Source: Octopus sinensis
Taxonomy: Eukaryota
Assembly: GCF_006345805.1 (NCBI RefSeq)
Contig: NC_043016.1
Span: 2,728,001-2,792,000, forward strand
Reading direction: 5' to 3'
Length of the DNA stretch: 64,000 nt
The notes under the pieces are model-generated. The model made no database searches, was not told the DNA's origin, and saw only the letters and a list, made by a program, of their open reading frames with translations. Below are positions 52,849 to 64,000 of this stretch, piece by piece. The translations under genes and the position numbers were made by a program. Within the stretch, counting starts at the first letter, position 1; each line of letters opens with the position of its first letter.

Positions 52849-53006
52849 CCCTTTTTTTAACCCTCCCTTTTTTTTGTCCTCTTTCTTTCCTTTTACGATC
52901 CCTTTTGATCGAAAACCACCACTCCCTTTTTTTACCCCCAAAAGAAAAGCTCTACCTTGTAATTTGTTCTATCTGTGTGCAGCCCTGTGTGGCTAATAAA
53001 GAAACA
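52849..53006 (+). mobile_element. ~160-bp 3'-terminal copy of the Tx1 family within (TATC)n
   Basis: Ends GCAGCCCTGTGTGGCTAATAAAGAAACA; (TATC)n on both sides; more diverged upstream. Confidence 0.88.
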
Positions 53007-53086
<80 letters not shown>

Positions 53087-53087
<1 letters not shown>

Positions 53088-54367
53088 CAGCGCGTGATGA
53101 TGCGCAGACACGCGCTGAGACTGCGACATCTCTGGCTCTATGTAGACGACGGTGAACAGGTGTGGTCGCCGTTTGTGAGGCACGCTTTCCCGCAGCTCGT
53201 CTCCATGACCGAACTGCAGTCGTGGATCAAAAAGAGGCCGAGGAAGGGCGAATGGCACCGCGAGTGTCGCGTTGCTCTCAAGCAACTCTGCCGTCCTGGG
53301 TCGACCTTAAGTGACTTCAACACAACCAAAGCATTCTATAGGGGTTTAGTGGAGGGGAGGTACGACGACGAGCTCGGGGCGACCTGGACGTCGACGAGGA
53401 GTACCTGACCCGCCTGTTCGGGACGACTTTCGGGCCAGGGCCCATGGACAACTTCCAGAGATCCCTGGCCTGGCAGTGCTACCGAGAAGCGCTACCGTTC
53501 GGGATAAGCTCTACAGACACGGCTCGAGAAACACGGGGCCGACCTGCCCGAGATGCGGTCAGAGCGACGAAACCGTTCTGCACGCACTCGTTCAGTGTCC
53601 AACAATTTCCGACCTGTGGGCTTATGTCGAACAACTGCTGTCACGTGTGGGACGAGTCGGTTATCAGCTGAGTCTATCGTCAATATTGTCACGCCTCCTT
53701 CCTTCAAACGGGAAGGAAGAGCTATTTTCATCATCCTTGTGGCTATGGCGAAAGAATGTATCTGGTGGACGCGTCTGAAAGGATTGGAGACAAACACTTT
53801 CCTCTCTGGTCAATCTCTCATCAACTTCTTCAAGTACCACTTGAAAAGGAAAGTGAGAGTAGAGAGGCAAGTTTTGTCTAGCGAATGTTTTAAAAAAAGA
53901 TGGTGAATGTAGCAAGAATGGCACGTATGAATGACGAAGCCACCTTGAGCATAGTCCTATGAACCCAGAAATCGAAAACAGAGAGTTGCTTATTTGCAAA
54001 AAAAAAAAAGAAAAAAAAAAAAAAGAAATATAAAATGTGACTTCATTGACCGAGGTTACCGTGGTCTTTTCCGCAGGCTTTTCTTTCCACGGGTAAACCT
54101 CACCTGTCCTCCCCTTTACACTTCATATTGACATTTCTGTGATAACGATCCCTATTGATCATTTTTTTTCCTCCCCCCCCTTTTTTTTATTTTTTTTTTA
54201 ACCCCCCTTATTTTTGTCCTCTTTCTCTCCTTTTACGATCCCTTTTGATCGAACCTCCCCCTTCCTTTTTTTTTTTTTTTTTTTTTGTTTTAATACCTTC
54301 AAAAGAAAAGCTCTACCTTGTAATTTGTTCTATCTGTGTGCAGCCCTGTGTGGCTAATAAAGAAACA
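53087..54367 (+). mobile_element. 5'-truncated Tx1 copy (~1.28 kb; ORF2 C-terminus, stop 53960-53962) within (TATC)n
   Basis: Near-identical to the 3' part of copies 1 and 2; (TATC)n at 53007-53086 and 54368-54500. Confidence 0.93.
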
Positions 54368-54403
<36 letters not shown>

Positions 54404-54428
54404 CATCCATCAATCTATCTATCAATCA

Positions 54429-54502
<74 letters not shown>

Positions 54503-55184
54503 AGATACATATATACATAGACACGCACAAACACAATTTAATAACAGTTTTATTTTTATTCACCTCCATCAAATGAATGATTTGTAGACTCTTAGAACGA
54601 ACCTACCCTGTTAAGCGTCGATATGTGCTTATACACACACACACACACACATACACACACACACACACATACACACACACACACACATACACACACACAC
54701 ACATCTTTTATCATAGCCTTTATTCAGGCAATAGACTGTGGCCATGCTGGGGCATAGAGAATTTTTAACCGAATGAATCGACCCTTGTACTTATTACTTT
54801 TTAAAGGTACTTTTTGGTTAATGGTTATTTTCTTCCGAAGACGTAGTACGTTGGCGTAAACACACCAGCACATTTTGTCAACAGGTAGTAGAGGATAAGC
54901 ACAGATACAAAGGCTCACACACACGCACACATGTACACGCATACACATACACACATATATACACAGACTGTTCTTAGAATTAGATATATATATATATATA
55001 TATTATGCACTGTACTTCAAAGCTGAAATGGTTAAGTAGTGTGAATTCACGATAAAGATCTGATGTAGCTATATCATACTCACAGATACCTTTAGGTGCA
55101 TATTTTTGTACAGCCGAAACAGCTACAAGCCAAGGATTAGGATTACATGACTTGTTCTTTTGTCATTATTTAAATAATTAATAT

Positions 55185-55415
55185 TAGTTTCAAATTTTGG
55201 CGCAAGCCCAACCTGAGAGTCAACTTTAAAGATTAAGCGTGGGAGGGCGTAAGTCGAACACATCGATCCTCTTATTCGACTGCTTCTTTGTATTATCAGC
55301 TGCAAAATGAAGGCAAAGTCTCTCTTGGTGGAATTTCAGTTCAAAATGTAAAACCGGAAGAAATGCCACTAATCATTTTGTTCAGCATGCTAACGAGATT
55401 CTGCCAGCTCGTCGT
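55185..55415 (-). mobile_element. Degenerate SINE
   Basis: TTTCAAATTTTGGCGCAAG tail and GATTCTGCCAGCTCGTCG head. Confidence 0.7.
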
Positions 55416-55454
55416 CTTAATTGAATAATTAATATAAGTGAGTGTATATATATT

Positions 55455-55487
<33 letters not shown>

Positions 55488-56296
55488 TCACTCTCTTACG
55501 TGGGTGGGTGTGTTCTGCAGGAAAACCCGTTATTTTCCGCCATTGCCATCATCGCATTTCAAATAAAGGAGGAACGGAGGGTAAGGCGGACGGGACCAGC
55601 GTGCAGAAACGGATGAAGTTTAAAGAATAGGAAATGAACAATGAACACAAACCATGCAATCAACTGCAACTACTGACAGAAATCGTCAACAAGTGGACAA
55701 ACTGATCGCACGGACAGGCGAGTCTCAACTCTTGAGTTGTGCTCTGATACATCAGAATCTTTTGAATATAAAGTAACGAAGAGAAGGAAGGATGTGTACG
55801 ATCCCGAAATGACTGGTCAGTCCATAGAATGATATCACACCTTTCCTCCAAGGCCTCAGAATTTCATAACCAGTAATCCGTGCATAAAGTCACACTAGCT
55901 GCGTTTTAACATGACAAGAGCATCAGCTTCCTTGAATCTTTTCGAACGTGATTGTACTGAGAAGAGGCAGAGTAGTACATTAAGATACTCACAATGCTTA
56001 GAGTAAATAATAAAAGGAAGAGACAAAGAATAGTATAAATGCCATCTACATTCACCATAACAACATTTTAACCTGGCTATAAATTAGATAATTGACAAAC
56101 TAGAATGGTCACTGTTCCCTCCATCCACCGTAAAGCTTAGACTCTGGTATAGTCTGTCTTCATGCTAATCATTTCAATGAAAGCACTCTTCAGGGACACA
56201 GACGAAGCGAAAGGCGTACAACAGTGTGCAACTGGTTTTTCTCAAAGAGAATAACTGAAACTTAGCTTCAAAGATTAAGCAATTTGCGTATGTCCA

Positions 56297-56359
<63 letters not shown>

Positions 56360-56699
56360 TTGTATACGTTTGCTTGATTGGAAGAATCATTACAGAGTCA
56401 AAATTTATTCCGGCTCTTCACGTTCTAAGTTGAAATATTGCCCAGTTCAACTTTTTCTTTCATTATTCCGTTATCGTTCAGGTAAAGCACTCGTTAAGTA
56501 CTAAAACCTTATTTCAAGATTTTCTGTTTACGTACCAACGTCTCTCATTACGTTCTGGGTTCACATTCCGCCGCGATCAACTTTGCCTTTCATCATATGT
56601 ACTAGTTGCGTACTTGGTTGGTCTAATCGACTGGCCCCCTCCCCCCAAATTTCAGGCCTTGTGCCTTCAGTAGAAAGGGTTATTAGTGTTATTATTATT

Positions 56700-57896
56700 G
56701 CTTTTGCAGAGCTTCTAATGCTGGAGATGAACTCCGGTGCCAGCTGTTCACTACCAGTGAACTAAGGTAGCACCTCTTATTTTTCGAGCACCTTCAAGAG
56801 TATTCGAGCGGTTCCAAGCAGTGCTATTTTCTGCAAGTGCTCCATCCTTATTGCAGCTCCCATTTGTTCCACGTACTTCTCAAAATTTTTGCTCACTGTT
56901 CCCAGGACTCCGACAATTATTAGTACTACAGCTACCTTTTTCACCGACCACAACTGCTTAACATCCTAAGCTAATCTGTTATATCTATCAACTTTTCTTT
57001 CTTCCTTATCGTATACCTTGTTGTCAACTGGGCATGGCATGTTATATCTATGATCCAGTATCGTTTGCTTTCTTTTTTAACACTATGTCTGGTTTCCTAT
57101 TCTCTCTCTGATGGTCGCACTGAATCATAAAATCCCATAGGATCTTTCATTATCATTTTCGATGATGATTTCGGGTTTCTGTTCATACCACTCTTTTGCT
57201 CTGTCAAGTCCATACTTGTTGCAAAGTGACCAATGGACAATCCCTGCCATATTGTCATGCCGTTTCATATTTTTCTAGGCGAATGGCATACATTAGTAAT
57301 ATGCCATACGGTTTCACCATTTTGTCTACAAATTCTGCACTTATCACTTTCTGATGTATTGTCAATTCTATATTTGATGTAAGTGGTTCTTAATACTTGC
57401 TGTTGGACAGCACAGATTAGAGCCTCCGTTTTCGATTGTAAATCACATTTAGCCATCCATAGCCATCTTTTTTTCTCTACATATCTTATCTCCAGCATCC
57501 CTATGAAATTATCCATGCATTCTTTTCTTTATCCACATATTTTCAGGTTCATTCATTCTCAAGAGTTTGTACAGTGCTTTATCTTTGCAATCTTCCAGCT
57601 TACAAAAACCTGACCTTCCAATAATAGCGGTTCTGGGGTATTTTTTTTTACATACTATGCTATTTTGTTTTCTTCTGCTTGAATGCTGTGTTCGCATCCA
57701 ATGAGTCCACTTCCCCCTCTTTTTCTTGGTTCATAAAGTCTATCTGTGCCATATCTAGTTAGCAACTTCCTTGTCTTTCTGTCTAAACTGCTTAGTTCGT
57801 CTTCTGTCCAAGTGATTGCCCCTGCTCCATATCTAAGGAGTGAAACCGCCCAGGTGTTGATAGCTTCAATCTTATTCCGTCCTCTCTTAATTTTAA

Positions 57897-57897
<1 letters not shown>
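56700..57897 (-). mobile_element. 5'-truncated R4/Dong-type element (family A) in (TAA)n
   Basis: Homologous to 22830-24345: KTEALICAVQQQVLRT, CRICRQNGETVWHI, RKPDIV. Confidence 0.88.
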
Positions 57898-57938
<41 letters not shown>

Positions 57939-58490
57939 GAGTGAGAGAGCAGTTCATGCCATCAAAGTGACACTGGGGTAAAATATACGAAGCCCAATAT
58001 ACCCATCATGACTACCCGTCTGATAAAGGTACACCAGGCACATGCATCACAACCATATGTGCGCGACATGGTGATCTCATATCAAGATAAACAGCACATG
58101 ACCTTGCAGGTGGGGCCCAGTTAGAATTTTCTTCAGGTTGAGTAGCCCATCCCGCTCAAACGGTCCCTGAATAAGGGTTGTTTAAGGATGTTGAAAGAAC
58201 CACCCATGTTTCCAGAGGTGAACTATTCAACCCAAAAGAATCCCTCTCAACACATGGCTATGATGCTCCCCCACTACTTCTGCTCGTGATCAGAGATGCA
58301 CATATCGTCAGCCACTAAGGGACATGCTCAACTGGTTAAGGTCAAACAACTGACAAGCAAATCTGTGGTATTGAGCAGAATATTTGCTGTAGCCCATCTT
58401 TTATACCAAGACAAAACAATGTACATGATAACACTTCCAATCAGTTAAGATCAGAAGCCATGAGAGCCACTGCCTGGTACTGCAACAGGG

Positions 58491-58492
<2 letters not shown>
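57939..58492. mobile_element. ~555-bp noncoding element, copy 2, flanked by (TTA)n
   Basis: Reverse complement of 24501-25055. Confidence 0.8.
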
Positions 58493-58558
<66 letters not shown>

Positions 58559-58568
58559 TATTATTATA

Positions 58569-58619
<51 letters not shown>

Positions 58620-58639
58620 TATTATTATTATTATTATTA

Positions 58640-59410
58640 TTTATTATTTTATGTTTGACTTTTGCTTTGCATTTGTACAATTCGGTTCCAAGTCTCACCC
58701 AGAAACTTCAGGTTAGAATTTCATGTCGGTGCTATGCTTAGGGTGCCATATATTTGGTTTTACAAATGTTCTAGAGAATGTTGTTTAAGGAACCATAAGA
58801 AACTTATGAGTTTGTTTTATAATTTGAGATTACATAGACAGTATTTTACATAGGATATGGACAGTTCTCACTATCTTTTGAATCTCTGCCATTTTGGGGT
58901 TTCCTGGTATGCCTTAGATATTTCTTTGCCAGGTAGCAATCAGCCCCTTTTGCTAGCATTCCTACGGCATCTATGACAACAGGTATTGCTTTAGTTTTCG
59001 GGTTCCACATTATGCCAATTTCGATTTCAAGATCTTTATACTTACTCAGTTTTTGGTAGGTCTTGACAGATACGTTTATATTGATTGGGACAGTCATATC
59101 AATGAGGAGGCATGTTTTTGTCTGAAGTCTTTTACTATGATGTCTGGCCTATTGGCATCTATCTTTCTGTCAGTTTGAATGGTGAAGTTCCAGAGGAGTG
59201 AGATGTGGTCATTTTCAAGCACTGGAGGTGGTTTGTGTTCCCACCAGTTTTTATCATGGGGCAAGTCCAGACTTTTGCAGATTACCCAGTGAATATATTG
59301 TGCAGCTCTATCATGCCTGTTGAGATACTCTGTAGGCGCGAGAAGACTGCGCATGGAGACAACATGATCAATGGTCTCCTTTTGTTGTTGAGATACGCGA
59401 CATATTGGGG
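58640..59410 (-). mobile_element. R4/Dong-type 3' fragment (family B)
   Basis: ETIDHVVS, HDRAAQYIHW, WWEHKP, DANRPDII, KYKDLEIEI; (TAA)n at the 3' end. Confidence 0.85.
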
Positions 59411-59427
59411 AGCTGCTGCTGCTGCTG

Positions 59428-59539
<112 letters not shown>

Positions 59540-59920
59540 GTTTGACTTTTGCTTTGCATTTGTACTATTTGGCTCTAAGTCTCACCCAGAGACCTCAAGA
59601 GACAAGTTAGAAGTTCCTGTTGCTGTTATGCCTAGGATGTCGTATATTTGGTTTTGCACATAGTTTTGTTCTGGAGAATGTTTAAGAAAACATAAGAAAA
59701 TTATGTTTGCTTTAAAATTTGAGATTACATAGTATTTTACTTAGGATATGGGCTGTTACCATAAGCACTATCTTTTGGATTTCTGCCATTTCAATGTTTC
59801 CAGGTATCTGAGCTAGATAGCTAGGTAGAATATGTTGTATCGTATCTAATTCACTGATTCCTAAGTTTTTGTATCTCTGGATTAGGTCTAATTCTCTTAT
59901 TTCTTTTGCTTCGTCTAGGG

Positions 59921-62855
59921 CAGTGCTTTTCAACCTTTTTGCTTGAGTGGAACCCCAAGGAGACATTCCACTGGCTCGAGGAACCCCTATGCAATAATTT
60001 AATTGTCTTATGCAAAAAACAGCATTTAATTAATGAAATGAAAATACTCATGTTCAGATTTATTTACAATAAAAAACACAAAGGGTAAAAATATTGTCAT
60101 GTACATATACAATTTTATTCTTGCATCTACAATTATTATTAAAACATGTATTAAACAAACTTAGTTTGAATAGATTACATTTATTCTCATCAAAAACGCA
60201 ATGAGATTATTGAGCCTGGTGTTTCTTGCACAGCTCTTTAAGATTGGGTCGTATTTTTGATAGACACACATGAAGTCTATCTGCCACAGACAGCAATTGT
60301 GCTCGCATCTTGTGCTTGTTGGTTTTCAGGGCTGAAAATCCAAATTCACACAAGTAGGAGGCTCAAAACTGCACAAGAAGTTGCAGCACTTCCTGAGCAA
60401 ATGCAGGATATTCCTTTTCAACCAGCAACCAAAATGCATTCAGGTTAAGCTCAGAATGCTTCTACTTTAATGTTCCGTCATTTAAAACACTGGCAAGTTC
60501 TCCTTCTTCTGTTAAATTGAACTGTTTTTCAAATGGCTCAAATTCCACAAATGGGTTTCTAATCCAGTCATACTGGTCAACAGATATCGATGGAAAATAT
60601 TTGTCAAGATTTGTTAACAAAGTGTGCAAATGATTAAAAATCAGTAGCGCACTTTCTTGACAATTCCTTTTAAAAACACTTGGAAATATTTCCAAATTTC
60701 CTGCAGCTATGCGTTTCTTCCATATTGTCAAATTCTTCTGAAAAGCATTTATTTTGTCAGTAGAAGACAAGAAATTTTCGTTCCTGCCCTGCATGCCATT
60801 TTTCAGAGGTTTAGCTCATGAAATATATCGGCAAGATATGCTAACTTGGAACACCAATGGTCATCACTCAAACATTCTACAAAGTCTTTCAGGTTTTCTT
60901 GAAAACAAAAGGTCAATAACTCTTCTCTTAATTCGCAAAAACCAGACAATACTTTTCCCCTTGACAACCATCATATTTTTGTGTGCTGGATTAAGGTGGA
61001 ATGGCCTGCTTCCATACCCACACAAAGTTTCGCAAACTGTCGACATTTAAGTGGCCTCATCTTGATGTAATTAACTATTTTCACTAACATATCCAATGCA
61101 GATTTTAGATCAGGTCCAAGAGTTTTAGCAACTAGTGCTTCTCTATGAATGAAACAATGAGTATGGATAATATTTGGATTTTGCTTTTGTGCGATTGGGA
61201 CAAAGCCTTTAACACATCCTGTCATTGCAGGGGCACCATCTGTACAAATACCAACACAGTTTTTCCAGTTCTATCCACAATACTCTAAATATAAATTCAA
61301 AACAACAAATACATCTTGTCCTTTTCTTGTTTCTGGCAACTCTTTGCAACACAGGAAGTCTTCTACAATAGCTTCATCATTAATAAAACGTACAATTACA
61401 AGGAGCTGTGCTTTACCAGTGATGTCTGTACTCTCATCAACTTGTATTTTTGACTTAATATTGCACTCAATGTCTCCTGATATGTCTTGAATGCGCCTAC
61501 ATATTGTGTTGTCAGAAAAAGGAATTTTATTTAGCTCTGATACAGCATCCTCTCCAAACATTACCCTCACTATTTCCTGGCATGCAGGTAAAATTACAGT
61601 TTCAGCGATGGTATGAGATTTCATTTTTCTTGCAACTATCTCCGCCACTGCATAACTTGCTTCTTGCCCTTTGTCACTCAACTTGAACTTTTTGGCAAAC
61701 ATAGAAACTTCCCTTTTATTAAATGTCAATTCTCTTTTAAAATATTGTTCTTTTTTGCCTGACAACTCTGGATGTTTAGTCGTTAAGTGTCATTTCAGTT
61801 TGGCTGGTGCCATAGCACTATTAGCCAGCTTCTCCCCACAAACAGTACACAAAGGTGAAGGGTAGTCTGGTTTTCCAGTCCAAGTAAATCTCAGAGCTAT
61901 GTAGATTTCACAATATTGACGAACTTTTAGTTGCAGGTTAATTCCATCATTTCTTGGTAATTTCGATGAGGCAGCATCACTGGCCGTGGCTGCAGCTTCA
62001 ACTGACTGTCTCAGACCCTGCCTCTCTTCATCTGTATCTAACTTACGTTTTTTCAGAAATCTATCCATACTTGTAAGGCTGTAAACAGAATTGTATATAT
62101 ATAAAAGCAAACCTAATAGTGACAGGACAAAATGATCTTTAAAGTGTTGCGAGTTTAATGATTTTTTATTAATGTCTTTTTTAGTACTAGGTATTTGATT
62201 ACATTTAAATATGCATATAATAATAAAATAGATTTTCGGATTTGAATTTAAAATGTCGTGTATTTGTTAGAAATTTGTAAGGAATTAATATTTATGCATA
62301 TTTACATTTCTTATAATTTACTATCAGTTTCCCTATCTCTTATTTCTTTCTACATATGTAATTCAACTCTCTTTCGAATTTTTTAATCTTAACATTTGAC
62401 CAAATATTAATAGACGTCATACAAGAAAACTTTTTTACAAAAACGCCTTTTAAAAAAGCTAAAGATCTTTTAAGAGGCGGATTAACAACACCTAAATGGC
62501 TTACGCAGTCAAAATGTTTCTTCCAAATATAGTTACTCGTATTTTACAAAAGAAAACTAAACCATCATCTAAGCTGGCATGCAACTCGTAGATGTACATG
62601 TACATGTACGCACGAAGGATCAGGGTCATCTACGCTGGCGAGTAACTCGTAGTTGTACACGTCGTAGGCCTACATGTACACACCAAGGATCAGGGTCATC
62701 TACGCTGGCGTGCAACTCGTAGATGCACAGATAGGCCTAACATGTACACACATATCTGCACAGGAGAATTAAAAATTACTGTCGAGTTTAGCATTTATGT
62801 AACTTCTTCCGGAACCCCTGGACTGTACTGGTGGAACCCTGGTTGAAAACCACTG
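59921..62855 (-). mobile_element. Full-length hAT (Buster/Charlie group) transposon, 2935 bp, with 8-bp TSD
   Basis: TIRs CAGTGCTTTTCAACC and GGTTGAAAACCACTG; TSD GTCTAGGG at 59913-59920 and 62856-62863. Confidence 0.95.
60200..62068 (-). pseudogene. Buster-type hAT transposase with BED finger; stops and frameshifts
   Basis: [59 protein letters not shown]. Confidence 0.9.
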
Positions 62856-63230
62856 GTCTAGGGTAATGTTGCTACTCTTAACGAGTTTTCCTCTTTACAA
62901 GATTGTTTTGGCACATTTTTCTAAGTCAAATTTTATATTTATTTCTTTGGTAAATCCATGTACTCTTTGTGGTAATGTTTCCAGCTGTTTACCTTTTGTA
63001 GCGCACAGTTTTATATCATCCATATGCAAGAGATGGTTGATTGTTTTGCCTCAATAGTTGTTTCCACATCCATTTCTGTTAGCATGTCAAATAAAGGTGT
63101 CAGTGCCAAGTAGAAAAGGAGTGGAGAGAGTGTGCCGCCCTGGAATATTCCTCTTCCAATGGGGAAGCTTCGGTTCTTATAAATCCTGTTTTGTCTGGAT
63201 CTGTAACATTATCTGCCATATTCCTAATTG

Positions 63231-63273
<43 letters not shown>

Positions 63274-63283
63274 GTGTGGTGTG

Positions 63284-63316
<33 letters not shown>

Positions 63317-63419
63317 GTATGAATATTGGTGCTATCTTGTTCATGGTGCTAGCGATAGTATTCAACTTGTGTGGGGAATACTATCAAAATATTATTATTA
63401 TTATTATAATTGTTGTTGT

Positions 63420-63700
63420 TGTTTTTTCTTGTTGTGTTGAAGACATCGCATAGTATCCAATTTTGTGTTGTAGTAGATTGAAAATATTGTTTGTACTCTC
63501 TGACAAGTCTCAAGGTTCTCAGAAAAGCACCACGTTACGCAGTATGAGTGTAGTTCCAAGTAAAGCCGTTTTTGCTATACTCCTAGATTGTAGGTTATTT
63601 CTAAAGTTTCCAGATGTTTCTTCAAGTTGGTTGGTATTGAAACCAATGGCCCAATGACAACAGTAACAACGTTATGTTTGATTCTCGCAACTGTCACATC
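63420..63700 (-). mobile_element. R4/Dong-like 3'-end fragment (third family) with (AAC/AAT)n tail
   Basis: IIGPLVSIPTNLKKHLETL..QK resembles the RLE C-terminal IVGALG..L..QK..LG region. Confidence 0.55.
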
Positions 63701-63951
63701 TTAGCGATCATAATTCTCAGGTCTCCATATTATCAATAATATTAATACGCTAATTTTCTGTTTTTGCACGTACCTGTTCTGTGCGTCTGACTTACTTCAA
63801 AGGAGTAGCAAAGCGAGAGAAAGGAGGACAAAGAGGAAGTAAGACAGACAGAGAGAGAGAGTGAGAGAGAAAGCGAGGGAGTGAGAGTGAGAGAGAAAGA
63901 AACTGATGGTGACGGCGTTCGTTTTGTGTTTTCAGAGAGGACGTAAGTGAG

Positions 63952-63998
<47 letters not shown>

Positions 63999-64000
63999 AA

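Larger units (their letters stand above)
59545..63390 (-). mobile_element. Internally deleted R4/Dong-type element (RT part joined to 3' end) split by the hAT insertion
   Basis: 63390-62864: FDSIPH, GIFQG.TLSPLLF, INHLLHMDDIKL, KCAKTIL. Continues at 59920-59840 (LDEAKEIREL..YKNLGI), then the 3' end IPGNIEMAEIQKIVL. Confidence 0.75.

Overview
AT-rich animal genomic DNA full of microsatellites, probably a coleoid cephalopod such as Octopus (inferred from the SINE types and simple-repeat load). No complete host gene can be supported; almost everything recognisable is transposon-derived. (1) A Tx1/L1-type LINE (ORF1 with a CCHC knuckle; ORF2 with APE endonuclease, RT and C-terminal zinc finger) occurs as two head-to-tail full-length copies (5.9-18.1 kb, minus) and two 5'-truncated copies (52.8-54.4 kb, plus). 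All four sit inside (TATC)n tracts. (2) R4/Dong-type RLE retrotransposon fragments and an unexplained ~555-bp noncoding element are stacked in (TAA)n tracts at 22.8-25.1 kb and 56.7-63.7 kb. (3) Also present: an ORF1-only relative of the Tx1 element, Penelope-like remnants, a minimal hammerhead-like motif, a full-length Buster-type hAT with an 8-bp TSD, four mariner remnants, Helitron helicase remnants, SINEs and a MITE. The main SINE's 3' tail resembles the Tx1 3' end. A 100-N gap (4391-4490) has duplicated flanks, and homopolymer indels suggest incompletely polished sequence, so frameshifts near 4.5-18 kb may be errors.
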